Of a DNA stretch of 64,000 nucleotides, positions 12,989 through 23,848 are shown piece after piece (position 1 is the first letter of the stretch; the number at the start of each line of letters is the position of its first letter). The notes beneath the pieces are model-generated. The model was given only the letters and a program-made list of their open reading frames with translations, made no database searches and was not told the DNA's origin. The DNA is taken from the NCBI GenBank assembly GCA_000182565.2, contig KQ257461.1; one strand, 5' to 3'. This DNA is from Spizellomyces punctatus DAOM BR117 (lineage: Eukaryota). Both the position numbers and the translations under genes were made by a program.

Positions 12989-14322
12989 GTGGGAAATGAG
13001 CGAGCGTGTAGAGGACAAGCGTCTATTTGACTAGTAAATACAGCCGTGGGTAGGTCGCAAAAGATGTCGTCACGTCCTTGCAAAACTAACGAGTGGATCC
13101 AATTATGAGTAAAGAAAAGTAACAGCAATCCAGGGGTCCAAGAATCTAAAATCTTTTTCCAGAATAGATTTGTTCTAACATAAATGTAACTAATCTCTCA
13201 ATAGGGAACTTTTATACACGAGCTGTTTTAAGAGATCGCGCTGAGGACCCAACGTTCTAAGTGACGTTTGTGGTGGTTGAGTCATGTCCGTTGGTGTGAA
13301 ATCACGTGATGTCCTTACCTAAGAAGAGCAGTAGACAGCGAATCTGGGTCAATCTTGGAACACTGCACACGCACCCTGTTTCTAGTTCAGGTTGTTGCTA
13401 TTCTGCTTTGCGATTCTCCACAAGGACAATGATTCAAAACATTAATGGTCACCGCAACAGATTGCAATTAACTGGCGTGACAGTGCTCAATGTGATATTC
13501 TCTGCTCGCAAGCACGATTCTTCTTGTGATGTTTTTTACTTTTATTCTCAACACTGCAAGTTTGTTGCACAGCGTCACCTCCACTTTTTTGCATTCATCA
13601 TTGAGTATGCATACAGAAACTAAAGGTAGTCGCCTGGAGCGCATGGACTAGAGAATCTCTTGGTAGCTGGCTATGGTGTAGCGATACAAGCACTCCTCCC
13701 CATAAAACTCGCGTACAATTTCTTAGAATGGAATATGAATTTGTTGACATTATTATTAACTGGTCAAGCTCTTGTTTTGAAGGCAACAAAACACACAAGA
13801 GTGCGAAACGACTTGATGGGGCGGGTGACTGTCGCCATCTTCAACTCTCTTATGTGATCTGATCAATGCGCGTCTGTCACGACTTCTACTCGCAAAAGAT
13901 TCAGGTGCTTAAAAGATCAACACAAAGACCAATTGCCTCTGACATTACAACACTGCACTGCATATATTCGCATTGTCCAACTGTTTTCACAACGACAAGA
14001 AAAAAGCTGCATCGCATCCTTCTCTTCCATTCCCGCAAAACTACAACTACAAACTATGCCACAAATAACACAAACACACAAAAAAGGACGACAACGAACT
14101 CGTGCAAGGAAGGTAGCCACTTTACGGAGGAGAGCATACTCGATTTCAAAAAATCCATAAGTATCTCTCGTAATCTCGACCTGCTAATCCTTCTGCAAAC
14201 TTATCATGCAGTGCAAGGGCCTGGAATATGCATATGGCATACTCTACAGCTTTGCTAGTGATGGGTATAATTCTGATTTTAGGTCTTTTTTTTTCAGCGC
14301 CCAGGAGACTTCGACACGCCTT

Positions 14323-16056
14323 CTAATCGGAATCGGACGAAGAAGATCCATCGCTGTCAGACTCTTCATCATCGCTGGGAGAGAAACTGGTCAGGCCCCT
14401 TGGACCAACTGGCATAGGGGCAGCCTTTGGCGCTTTGCTAGCGCTCTTGACAAACTCGTATAGTGCAGTCAAGGTGATATCGTCGATCGTATCAATATCG
14501 ATTTCAATCTCCTCTTGCGTATCACGGAGATGGGGAAGACCAGCTCGGATAATCTCAAAGACGCTGGTCATGGCATCCTCGGTGAGAGTTCCAATCAGCT
14601 CCGACAATTCCTTCTTTTGCTCGTAACTGATAGATTTGCCACCCTTTTTACCCCTAGAACGAGGCTTTGGCTTTCCATTTGCATCCAACTTTCTTGCCTT
14701 GGGCTTTGGACGGAAAGGAGTGTTGGCGGAGTAAATGGGAACATCAGGAACTTTGTTGTCGCCCATAATCTTCCCATTCCTCCACTTTACACCACATTTG
14801 TTGCAAAGGGTACCGCATCCAGACGGTCCACGGCGCCACATCGGAGTCTCGCTGGTACCACAGTATTCACACTGTTTTTCTGGCCCTGCGGCTGCAGCGA
14901 CCGCAGGCAAGATTTCGTCATCAGCCAGTTCAGGAGCCGGTGATCCAGTAGACGATCGAGACACTTTGGCCTTGGATGAACGACGGCGCTTTACAGTGGT
15001 TTCTGCAAGCCCGGCGCCTGATGATCGCTTGCGCTTCGGCTTTTTCTTCTCCGTCAACAGTGCCAGTTGTTGGTGAATTGTCTCCAAGCAAGATGCAAGC
15101 GTACTGATCTGTTGCGACACGCCATCATCATCGCTCGAGTCAACTTCCATCTCGTCGTCATGGCCAGTGGCTGGGCCACCAGTTGAGTTTCGGCGGCCAG
15201 AGATGGATGTTCTGGGTTTCTTTGCAGGGATATTCTCGGGTTCAAATACACGAGGTGGCTTGATTTGACGTTTGGACTGTCGCCTCGACCCGGATACGTC
15301 GTGCGGGGAGGCAGGTGCGGTTGTTTGATCTCCAGGCACGGTGAGAGCGGGGAAAAGTTTGTTCACCTGAAGTGAGAAGTGCGTTTCGAGGGTTTTGCCG
15401 AGTTGGTGGACGGCGTTGGCGGGGGGGTTATATGTGAAGCAGTTGTTGAGCATGAGTTGAACATCGTCAGCCACCTCTTGCACTTTGGTGTACTCTTGTG
15501 CAGCAAGCTTCCGTTCGACGGTCGACAGATCCATTGGCTTTTTGATCACATTGAAATAATCCGGTGCGCCAACAGCAAGAGGATCAACCGGTGCAAGGAA
15601 CGGCCATGCAGCGTGGTGCTTTTTAAGCGAGTTGAGCAACTGACGACACAATTTTATATCAGATGGTGCAAGGACCGGTACTGCAGATCGGGCGTACTCT
15701 GCAGGGGACGAAGCTGGTGATACAGAGGAGGGTACAACACTCTCTTCTGATTTGGAAATTGATGTTTGAATGGTGGACGATGCAGCGGAGTCGGGGACAA
15801 CGACACTTGTTTCGTCAGACGGTGCGGGGGATGCGGGGTGGTGATCTGATGGAGGTGACAAGGGAAGTGAAGAAGGTGATCGAGATTGTGGTAAACTGTC
15901 AGCGATGCGCTGATCCAGCATGACGAGGGCTGATTTTTCCTCCACAGGACTGACTGGAGTAACGACTTTGACATCGTCTGCCGGCGGTGGAGAAGGATGC
16001 GCAGAGTGGCGAGCACCCGAGAGTGTTGTGTCCAATGATGCTAGAGCCATCTTCAT
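14323..16056 (-). CDS. Protein with a single bromodomain, a GATA zinc finger and an ET domain (BET-like); intronless CDS
   Basis: Bromodomain [36 protein letters not shown] finger [27 protein letters not shown] (C-x2-C-x18-C-x2-C); ET domain [37 protein letters not shown]; Ser/Asp-rich tail. Confidence 0.9.
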   Translation of the reverse strand: MKMALASLDTTLSGARHSAHPSPPPADDVKVVTPVSPVEEKSALVMLDQRIADSLPQSRSPSSLPLSPPSDHHPASPAPSDETSVVVPDSAASSTIQTSISKSEESVVPSSVSPASSPAEYARSAVPVLAPSDIKLCRQLLNSLKKHHAAWPFLAPVDPLAVGAPDYFNVIKKPMDLSTVERKLAAQEYTKVQEVADDVQLMLNNCFTYNPPANAVHQLGKTLETHFSLQVNKLFPALTVPGDQTTAPASPHDVSGSRRQSKRQIKPPRVFEPENIPAKKPRTSISGRRNSTGGPATGHDDEMEVDSSDDDGVSQQISTLASCLETIHQQLALLTEKKKPKRKRSSGAGLAETTVKRRRSSKAKVSRSSTGSPAPELADDEILPAVAAAAGPEKQCEYCGTSETPMWRRGPSGCGTLCNKCGVKWRNGKIMGDNKVPDVPIYSANTPFRPKPKARKLDANGKPKPRSRGKKGGKSISYEQKKELSELIGTLTEDAMTSVFEIIRAGLPHLRDTQEEIEIDIDTIDDITLTALYEFVKSASKAPKAAPMPVGPRGLTSFSPSDDEESDSDGSSSSDSD

Positions 16057-18411
16057 AATTGTACAGGAAAGCTTTTGAGTCAAATGAACATGATGAGTTC
16101 TTTAAAAGATTGCAAGCGACGGCAGTGCGCAGTCGCCGACCAACCGTCGTCATAAGACGGTCAACCAACCTGCTATTTGTAATCAAAGGTCGTGTCGAAA
16201 GGTAAGCGAAATGGAAGAATAGAGAGAACGGGAGGAAAGGAAGTTTACTACAAAACCAGAAAGGAGAAAAATGATGAACAACGGAAAGAGATGGCGGTTA
16301 TTCCACTACATGTGAATCCCCAACCACCCCCCACGTCTTCCATATCCCTCCTCTAGGCAGCACAGGAGAATCAAGCTTGGGCGCAGTCGTGGGGAAGGCG
16401 AGGTAGAGGATGATGCTCTGTGCTTCAAGGCTAGGTTCAGGCCAACCTAGTCGCTGTCCGATGCTTGCATTGATAATTCATCTTTATTTTGATAAAAGCT
16501 ACTGGACACCGACGACGAAGGATGTCGAACTCGGCACAGTCACCTCCTCTTCCCCGCCATTTCCCATGCGCAGTCAGCACGTCCTCCTTTCTCCTACACT
16601 ATCCCATCGACGACGACAACGACGATGCCTCGTTCGACAGTGCGTCGGCGGGCATGGATGCTCACCAAGCAGTGGCGTGAAAAGGGTCGGACGTAGTGGT
16701 CGGGCGTGTGGAAATTTCGATTGCAATCGACGACGAACCCGACAGGAGGAAAAAGAAAACGGACACGTGATGTCGTTGCCTTGGAAACCCGTGTACCCCC
16801 ACAGCCAAGAGAAAGCTGCGGGGGGAAGCGAAAAGGTGTCCCATGCCTATATACCATCCCGTTCCCATAGAGCCATCACAACCCCTTGCGTGCCGTTCTA
16901 AATCTACACCTCATGGCCGCCTCTCCTGGCAGCACTGCGCCCATCGAAGGACAACGAAGGACCTCGGGCCAATCATCTCTCTCCCATCCAGCTCATATAA
17001 AATTACCTTTTAGGAAAGTCGTAATGTTTGAATGCGGGGGGCCAGGGCCAAAGGAGGTAAAAAAAAAGGAGGTGATAGAAAATTTGCGCGGTTTCAATGC
17101 GTGTGACAAAAGTTGTGTCCGCAATGACGCGTCCCAGCAACCAATGGTTTAGCACAGGAAAAAAACATTGGGGGGAATGGGGACAGCTCGCTTTTATATG
17201 CCGCTCGCAATTGATATGAAAAAGGGGAAATTCAGGGGTTGGTGTCTTGGTGCAGGCCTACATTGATTTGTCACCGCGTTGGCGGCTGCTGATTGGCTGA
17301 AATTTACGTGATTTGCCACCAAGTCGAGTGGCACACTTTCTGATGGGAAAAAGGCCCAGGAAAAAAGAGCGAAACAGCAAACAAAGCCACACGCAACACA
17401 ATACAGACACATAACGTAAGCATGCCAAAAGCACAAACACAAGAGTTTCCCAGACACGTCAACAAAAGACTCTGCAATTTTCCAATGGGCGTATTGTGAA
17501 AGATTCGGTCCTAAAAAACATAAACATGGTAAGACAACGAAAGATCATCAAATAGCAACAAATACAGTAAAGGTTCGGTGCAATACAATGTGCAGTAGCA
17601 GGGATAGACTTTTTTAAGCCAAGTCAAAGGAGTGCGACAAGCATTCTCTCGCACCATCCCATGTCTACCGATCCGTACATACGGACCGGAAAGCTTTCAT
17701 AGAAAGTCTAAGCACGAGACCTACCTTGGCAAGTATGTCGTCTTGCGATGTGTCTCCAAAACGATGCCGGATGGCATCCGCCAGCTTCACGTCGCTCCTC
17801 CAATGATCACTTCCATCCATGTTCCACAGGCATCAAAGCTTTTTGTTCTCCATGTCATCCTCACACATTCAATGCATCTACCTTCACCAACCTATCCGCG
17901 CAACAGAAAGCGTTAGAGCGTTAAACTAGGCTTCACACAATCTCGCCCACACTAAAGTTCACTTACCTCAATTTCTAATCGTGCAGTGCCTGCACGGCCC
18001 TTCAACTAAACTCTTGCGAGTAATCCAAACCAAAAGCACAGAACGCAACCTACCTTTAAGAGTACTCACCGTTTATAAGGAGTTCAGTCAAAATACTTTG
18101 GAAAGCACGCACAGAAACCAGAATGAGTGCGCCAAAAGGGAAAAGATCCGTTGGGGCATAAAAACTAGACATGGCCCAATGTGACTCTTGCGTGCTGAAC
18201 AATAAAATTGTGGGAACACTTGATGCACGTGACTGATTGAGTTAGTCAGCTGGCTCCAATATAAACAAACGGGGGATGGATGAACTGACATGAAAACGCT
18301 TGAAGTTTGCAGCAACGCTTCCACTGGATATATCCGTAATGATTACAGGTCCAATACATATGTGAAGGCTATAGAAAGGAAACATCATTTTCAAATACTC
18401 CCCTTTGAGCG

Positions 18412-18499
18412 GCATACAGATTAAACAAAACAAAAAGACAATGCATCAAATTAAACAATCAAAAAAGAAGAGCATCAAATTAAACAATCAAAAAAAAAG
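18412..18499. repeat. Imperfect tandem repeat, 3 units of about 29-31 bp (gcatcaaattaaacaatcaaaaaa)
   Basis: Units start at about 18412, 18443 and 18472; the last two are nearly identical. Lies downstream of the phytochrome stop codon. Confidence 0.75.
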
Positions 18500-18606
18500 T
18501 TATGAACCTTCCCTTCATATATACAATTATTCGTCGTCAGTCAACTCTCCCCCCAAAAGTTAAATAAACTCATCTCACGCTCTCTAAAAGAGAAAACGGC
18601 ATCAGA

Positions 18607-21600
18607 CTACGCTATCGTGCACCTTTCATATTTCCAATAACTTTCTTCCATAATTTTAGTCAAATATTCCATATCAACGGGTTTCGAAACATAGCCATCC
18701 ATTCCTTTCTCCATGCATAGTTCCTTGTTTCCGGCCATGGCTTGAGCCGTTACTGCAATGATGGGGATACGTTTGCATTGGGTGTGCGATATGGATTGCA
18801 GAATGCGTGATGTGGCATCAAAGCCGTCCATGTTGGGCATCGCGAGATCTAACGTGTGCGTTAGCGCGTGCTTTTAGTGGACGAGAAAATGGACATGACA
18901 TACCCATGAGGATGATGTTGATTTCGTCCCGATTGGCTTCCCATACTTGGATTGCTTCGAGACCGTCGTCCGCCGTTAGGACCGTGTGACCTCGGCGGGT
19001 TAGCTGACGTTTAAGGAGGTTCTGATTGATCTTTATGTGATCGAAGAGTGAGATACAAGAAGAGTCAAGACAGGTTTCTCTGTAACGTACCAGATTATCC
19101 TCGACTACAAGGCACTTCATAGGAGTGGCTGCTTTCGCAGGTCTTTTCGATAACAGATGCTGTCGAGATGACGGTGATGCAGCCGATTTCAATGGTTGTG
19201 GAACGTTCTGGGATGATACACTGGTCGCCGATGGTTTGGTACCGTTGAAGCCGTTGAAGGGTTGATTCGCCTCGCCTTTGGAAACAGGAGACAGATGATC
19301 TCGTCTTGATGTGTCCGGTTGGGTCGCTGATCCGTTCACCGTGCTATCCAAACTAACTGTTTCCATTGTGTTTGACAACTCCTCAACGGCCTGCTTCCCT
19401 TCCTTTTTGCTCCGTTCAATCTTGGGTATCAACTCAATGATTCTCTTGAACGCAGGGTCATTTGCTAGATCACCAGTCTTGTGTCCCTCCCACGTTTTCT
19501 GCTCCTCATTGGCAATGTGAAAGGGGGTGCAGACATGAAAGGTGGTACCGGTTTGAGTTCCTTCTTCGGGAAAGTCTTCTAGTGAGACACTGTCGAATGT
19601 GACGGTTCCGTTCATGGCATCTGTGAATTTCTTTACCAACGAGAGGCCGAGACCCAGGCCGGTTGACCGTGAGGAGCGACTGAGTGTCTCATCGAGAGGC
19701 TGCAGGTGTTGGAAGAGAAGATGTTGCTTCGATTTTGGAATACCGGGCCTGTGAAAGTTTCTACCGTTATCACCGAGAAAGAGCAATTAATACTCAAGAC
19801 CATATCACTTACCCCCAATCTTTTACAATCAGATGTAGCGCCACCGTATCCTCCCCCTCTACACGTTCTGTTTCCACTTTGCTGAACAGCTCGACCAAGA
19901 CTCGTCCATCATTTGTCCACTTTAGAGCATTGCTGACTAGTGCTTCGCATATACTCTGCCACCAATCCTGCTCCCCCCAGACTTCATGCAAAAGATCGCT
20001 TGCGACGATTTCAACCCGCACTTCCTTTTCATTAGACTGAGACCGCCACTTTTTGTGAAAGGATTGAGTAAGATTCTCAATAACTGCCTTGAGGACTTTT
20101 GCCGGGTTAAAGACAGTTCTCATCCCCCTAGTGGGTGAGGTCAATGCAGAGCTGGTGATCTCCTCGGTAGAATCGGAAAGATCACTTTGGGAAGATGGAG
20201 GGATGTCTACCTCCGTGTACTTCTAATGTGAAATTCGATACTGATTAGATATGCATCGTCAAAATCCCGCCCCAAAAACCTCCGTACCGCACCATGAGAT
20301 GGTCAATCAACCGTGTAAGCTCCTCGTTCGCTTGATTGGCTTCATTTAGCAATTCCCGTTGACCAGAGTCTGAACTCGTATCATCAGCCAGCAATCCCAA
20401 TGCAGCCTTGATTGTATGCAGTGGTGTTCTCACTAAAGGTAAAAACTTTAGCGCTCCGCCCTAGATTTTCCATTCACGAGCACGTACTTACACTCGTGGC
20501 TAACATGATTGAGAAGCATGTTTTTCCTCCACTCTGCCTCCTTTTTCATCTTACGTTCCAGTACTAGGCGGGCATTCCGATCCATCGCTTCAAAATGTGC
20601 TACTCGCAGGAGGTGCGATCGCCAGGAGGTAAGTACATTGGTGAGAACAACTTGGAGCGTTGACATTAGATCCTGCAAGGTCGCGTCAATCATCATGCAA
20701 AATGGCTAGTAAAGAGCCGTTCACCAACGAACCCTGTCTTTGCACAAAGGCTCATCCCATGGTCGACTATGGCCCGTCACAACCTCTTTCCAAGCTTCAA
20801 AGGATTGCCGTGGTTCGATCTTGCGCGTCGCACGATTGTACGTGGCCGACTTGTCTTTCGCCCCCTGATTTGTATCGTCAATGTTTGGCTCGTCTCAGTA
20901 ATTCCGACACACGTTCACTCACCCCCCATTGCACATTTTGCAACTGTTCACTAGCAAACCACGCAATCCAATCGGTGCCTCCCTCGCTGATGGGCAAATG
21001 CACCACTCCAGCTAAAACAGTATCCAAACCGTCGTATCCCACCAGATGATTTTTAACACAGGTGGAGACAATCACTTCTCGCGATGGTCTGGCATCCGCC
21101 CATTTTATATAATTTGCGACAGCCTTATGGGCGTTATCAGGGACGTTAAAGTGCATGGTTTTGCCATTGTACTGAACTGTTGCATAGTCTATCGTCATTG
21201 CCGTGAGAAACAAAGCGTCGAGCGCGAAGGAATGACAAAGTAGCGTACCGGCTCTAATCCAAGACATCACCTCTGGAACAACGCGTTCGAAAAACTCGTC
21301 CATGGTCGCAACTATGACCTGTGTTCCCATCGACGTGGTAGTGGTGAGGCTACTAGAGGAAGACTTGTCAGACGAGGTAGAGCCGGTTGGGCCGGGCCAA
21401 GGCGCCTTAGAGTCTTTATCCCAGAAAATATCGCTTGGATCACTAATTGCCGTGTCCAGCCCTGCGTCTTCCGCTTCCCAAAGCTTTTTCATTCCAGCCA
21501 GCTGGATGATTTGCTTTCGTTGTTTTTCGCGTTTACTGTATTCAAGATTTTCGATGGACGTTGAGAGAAGGGATGAAATGTACAGGCACGTGGACCGCAC

Positions 21601-22968
21601 TTGGTAGGGTATGATGTGCTCGTCGTAGTGGTGACTTTTGGAAATATAAGGCAAGGTCAATGACTGTCCTTGCAATTGTGGATTCAATTAATAGCTGCAT
21701 CACTCTAGCATCGTACCATGCGATTAATCCCCATAAGCGGTTCTCTACCATGACTGCGATGGACATTGTTGCCATCTGAATGATGCGTTATGAATTCTAA
21801 GCCATGGGCCACGCGAAAAATCATTGAAACTTACGACGCCCATGTTTTCCAGGTATTTCAAGTGTACGGGTGAAATTGAGCGGAGACTGGCAAACGACAA
21901 GTCCAGCGGCTGACCGCATCTTGACGGTGCGGCAGCAAGGTTTGATGGGGATGCACTTCGGTTCGCCAAAACACGAATCTTGGTCAAGAGATACAAATCT
22001 CTGCACATTGCAAGAGAGATGAGTAACGTGTGACGGAGAGGATACTCTATCATTTGAACAAACCTAGCTTGTTGGGGAATATCGGAGGCTGGAAAGTGCA
22101 AACCCATATATCGCTGGCCCTCAAATCCTTCCCGGCATTCCTCCTCGATCACCACACCATGCCAATCCGCATCAAACCAGTACATCATTACTCGATCATA
22201 CTGCGTCACCTCGGCAATCGACTGCACTGCCAGGTGAATCAACTCTTCTTGTGAAGATGCGGCATTGAATTGATGAATGAGCGTTTGCATGAAGAAAAAG
22301 TGCTGATTTGGATCAGGTTGAGCGACATTGTGGGAATCAAAGTATTCTTTTGGTTCACATTCGAGGATGATCAGACCGAGGTTTCTTGGTGTGCGGTGGA
22401 TGGTCGCGTAAAACAGCCTTGATGGAAGATTTGGGAGGGAGGGAGGGACATGTTCCTTGTCAGAATCTGATACGGGTCGATCATCGACCCAAAATTCAAG
22501 CGGCAATGTATGAATGCTGCCTGTTTCTGCATCCTTTAATGTCCCAAGTGTTCGTAGAAACTGTTTCTGTGATGCGGGTGTCAGACAATCGGTAATTTGT
22601 CTTTGAATGATCCGCGCGACTGTGTTGGACGAGCCCAGGAAAGCAGTAACGTTATTGGACACGATCTGGATTTGCCGCGATTCACCGTCAAATGCCAGAA
22701 GAAGGCCATGGGGTTGTATCGAACCTGTCAAGCAAAGTCAGTCCACAAAGCTTCTAAATTCTGAGTCCAGTGCTCAATCACTGTCAACAAGGCGCCAAAT
22801 ACCTGGAATGTGGATCGGTTCATGCGCGCATGTCTCCAAGAGTCGCTCAAACTCGTTGGACTCCTCAACAGAGGTGTTGCCATTCTTCAATTGAACACTT
22901 TGGGACTCGGCTGGCAGAGTCTCAGCGGTTGACCCAGCACCAACCGCAGTCCTGTCTGCGTCAGCCAT
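18607..22968 (-). CDS. Phytochrome hybrid histidine kinase (PAS-GAF-PHY-HisKA-HATPase-REC), multi-exon
   Basis: TCAHEPIHIPG|SIQPHG, YDRVMMYWF, HFPASDIPQQAR, LRSISPVHLKYLENMGV, LWGLIA, PHY tongue PRQSFEAWKE (about 20785-20815), H-box VSHE|xRTPL, N-box LVSNALKWT, G2 box TGLGLGLSLVK, receiver LVVEDN and ILM|DLAMPNMDG. Confidence 0.95.
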
Positions 22969-23848
22969 TCCTTGGCGGCTGTCTGTCTATCGGTCGTGAT
23001 AATAAGATGACGGCAAATCGCTCTCGTCTATCGCACTCTTTCTTGTTGTCGTATCCCCAAATGTACGTTGATGATGATCGTTCTGCAAAAACTCGTAAGT
23101 CCAAAACTTGTAAAAAAAAACAAAAAGTTCCCAGGAAGCCGCGGAATTTGTCAACTCGTCCAAAACGAAGGGAGCCTCCAAAAGGGGGGAGCAAAGAGAA
23201 ACCCGAAATTTGGCTAAACGTACGTCCACAATCCAGCAGACTGGAATCATCCAGATTAGTCACTTGTACCACTCTCATGTACCTTTTTATGGAAGTATGA
23301 AATCCATCCAAAACACCCGAAATGCCGTTGATTAGTACCGACTCCTTGGCCATGGACCCGAGAATAAGGCTCTAGGCTCCCCTTACCACTGGACCTTTTT
23401 TTTCACGGTCCAGCGATCTCAACTTAAAAATGATCGTCAGGGCAGCTTCGGTCTTTGGGCAGGCCCTTTAGTAGGATGTCTCAAGTTGAGACTCTCAACG
23501 ACAGATATGCCCGTGCATGGGCCCTCCGATGGGCCCGAAGTCCAACACACCAATATGGCAGATTACTTGTAAAAGTAACCGTGTAAAAAGGAACGTTGCC
23601 AAAAACCGTTCGTTGCGTCAATGTCGACCCTACTTGTCGATGCCGATTGTGTCAGCAGCACTGTGACTCTGGTGATTAGAATGCATTCCAATATACATGG
23701 AACGCGCGACTTTCTACAAAATGTTGCCGTTTCCTTGTTGTGTGACGTATCAAATGGGTGCAACTGTGACATGGGCTGAAAAAAGAGGTTGGGCTGGCGT
23801 GGGAACTCTTTGCATCTCGCCTTTTTTCCCATCATTTCCTATGGGAAC

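Noticed and set aside
18412..18499. Repeat considered as a CRISPR-like array
   Set aside because: Units are adjacent with no unique spacers, A-rich, in a eukaryotic 3' region, and no cas genes are present.
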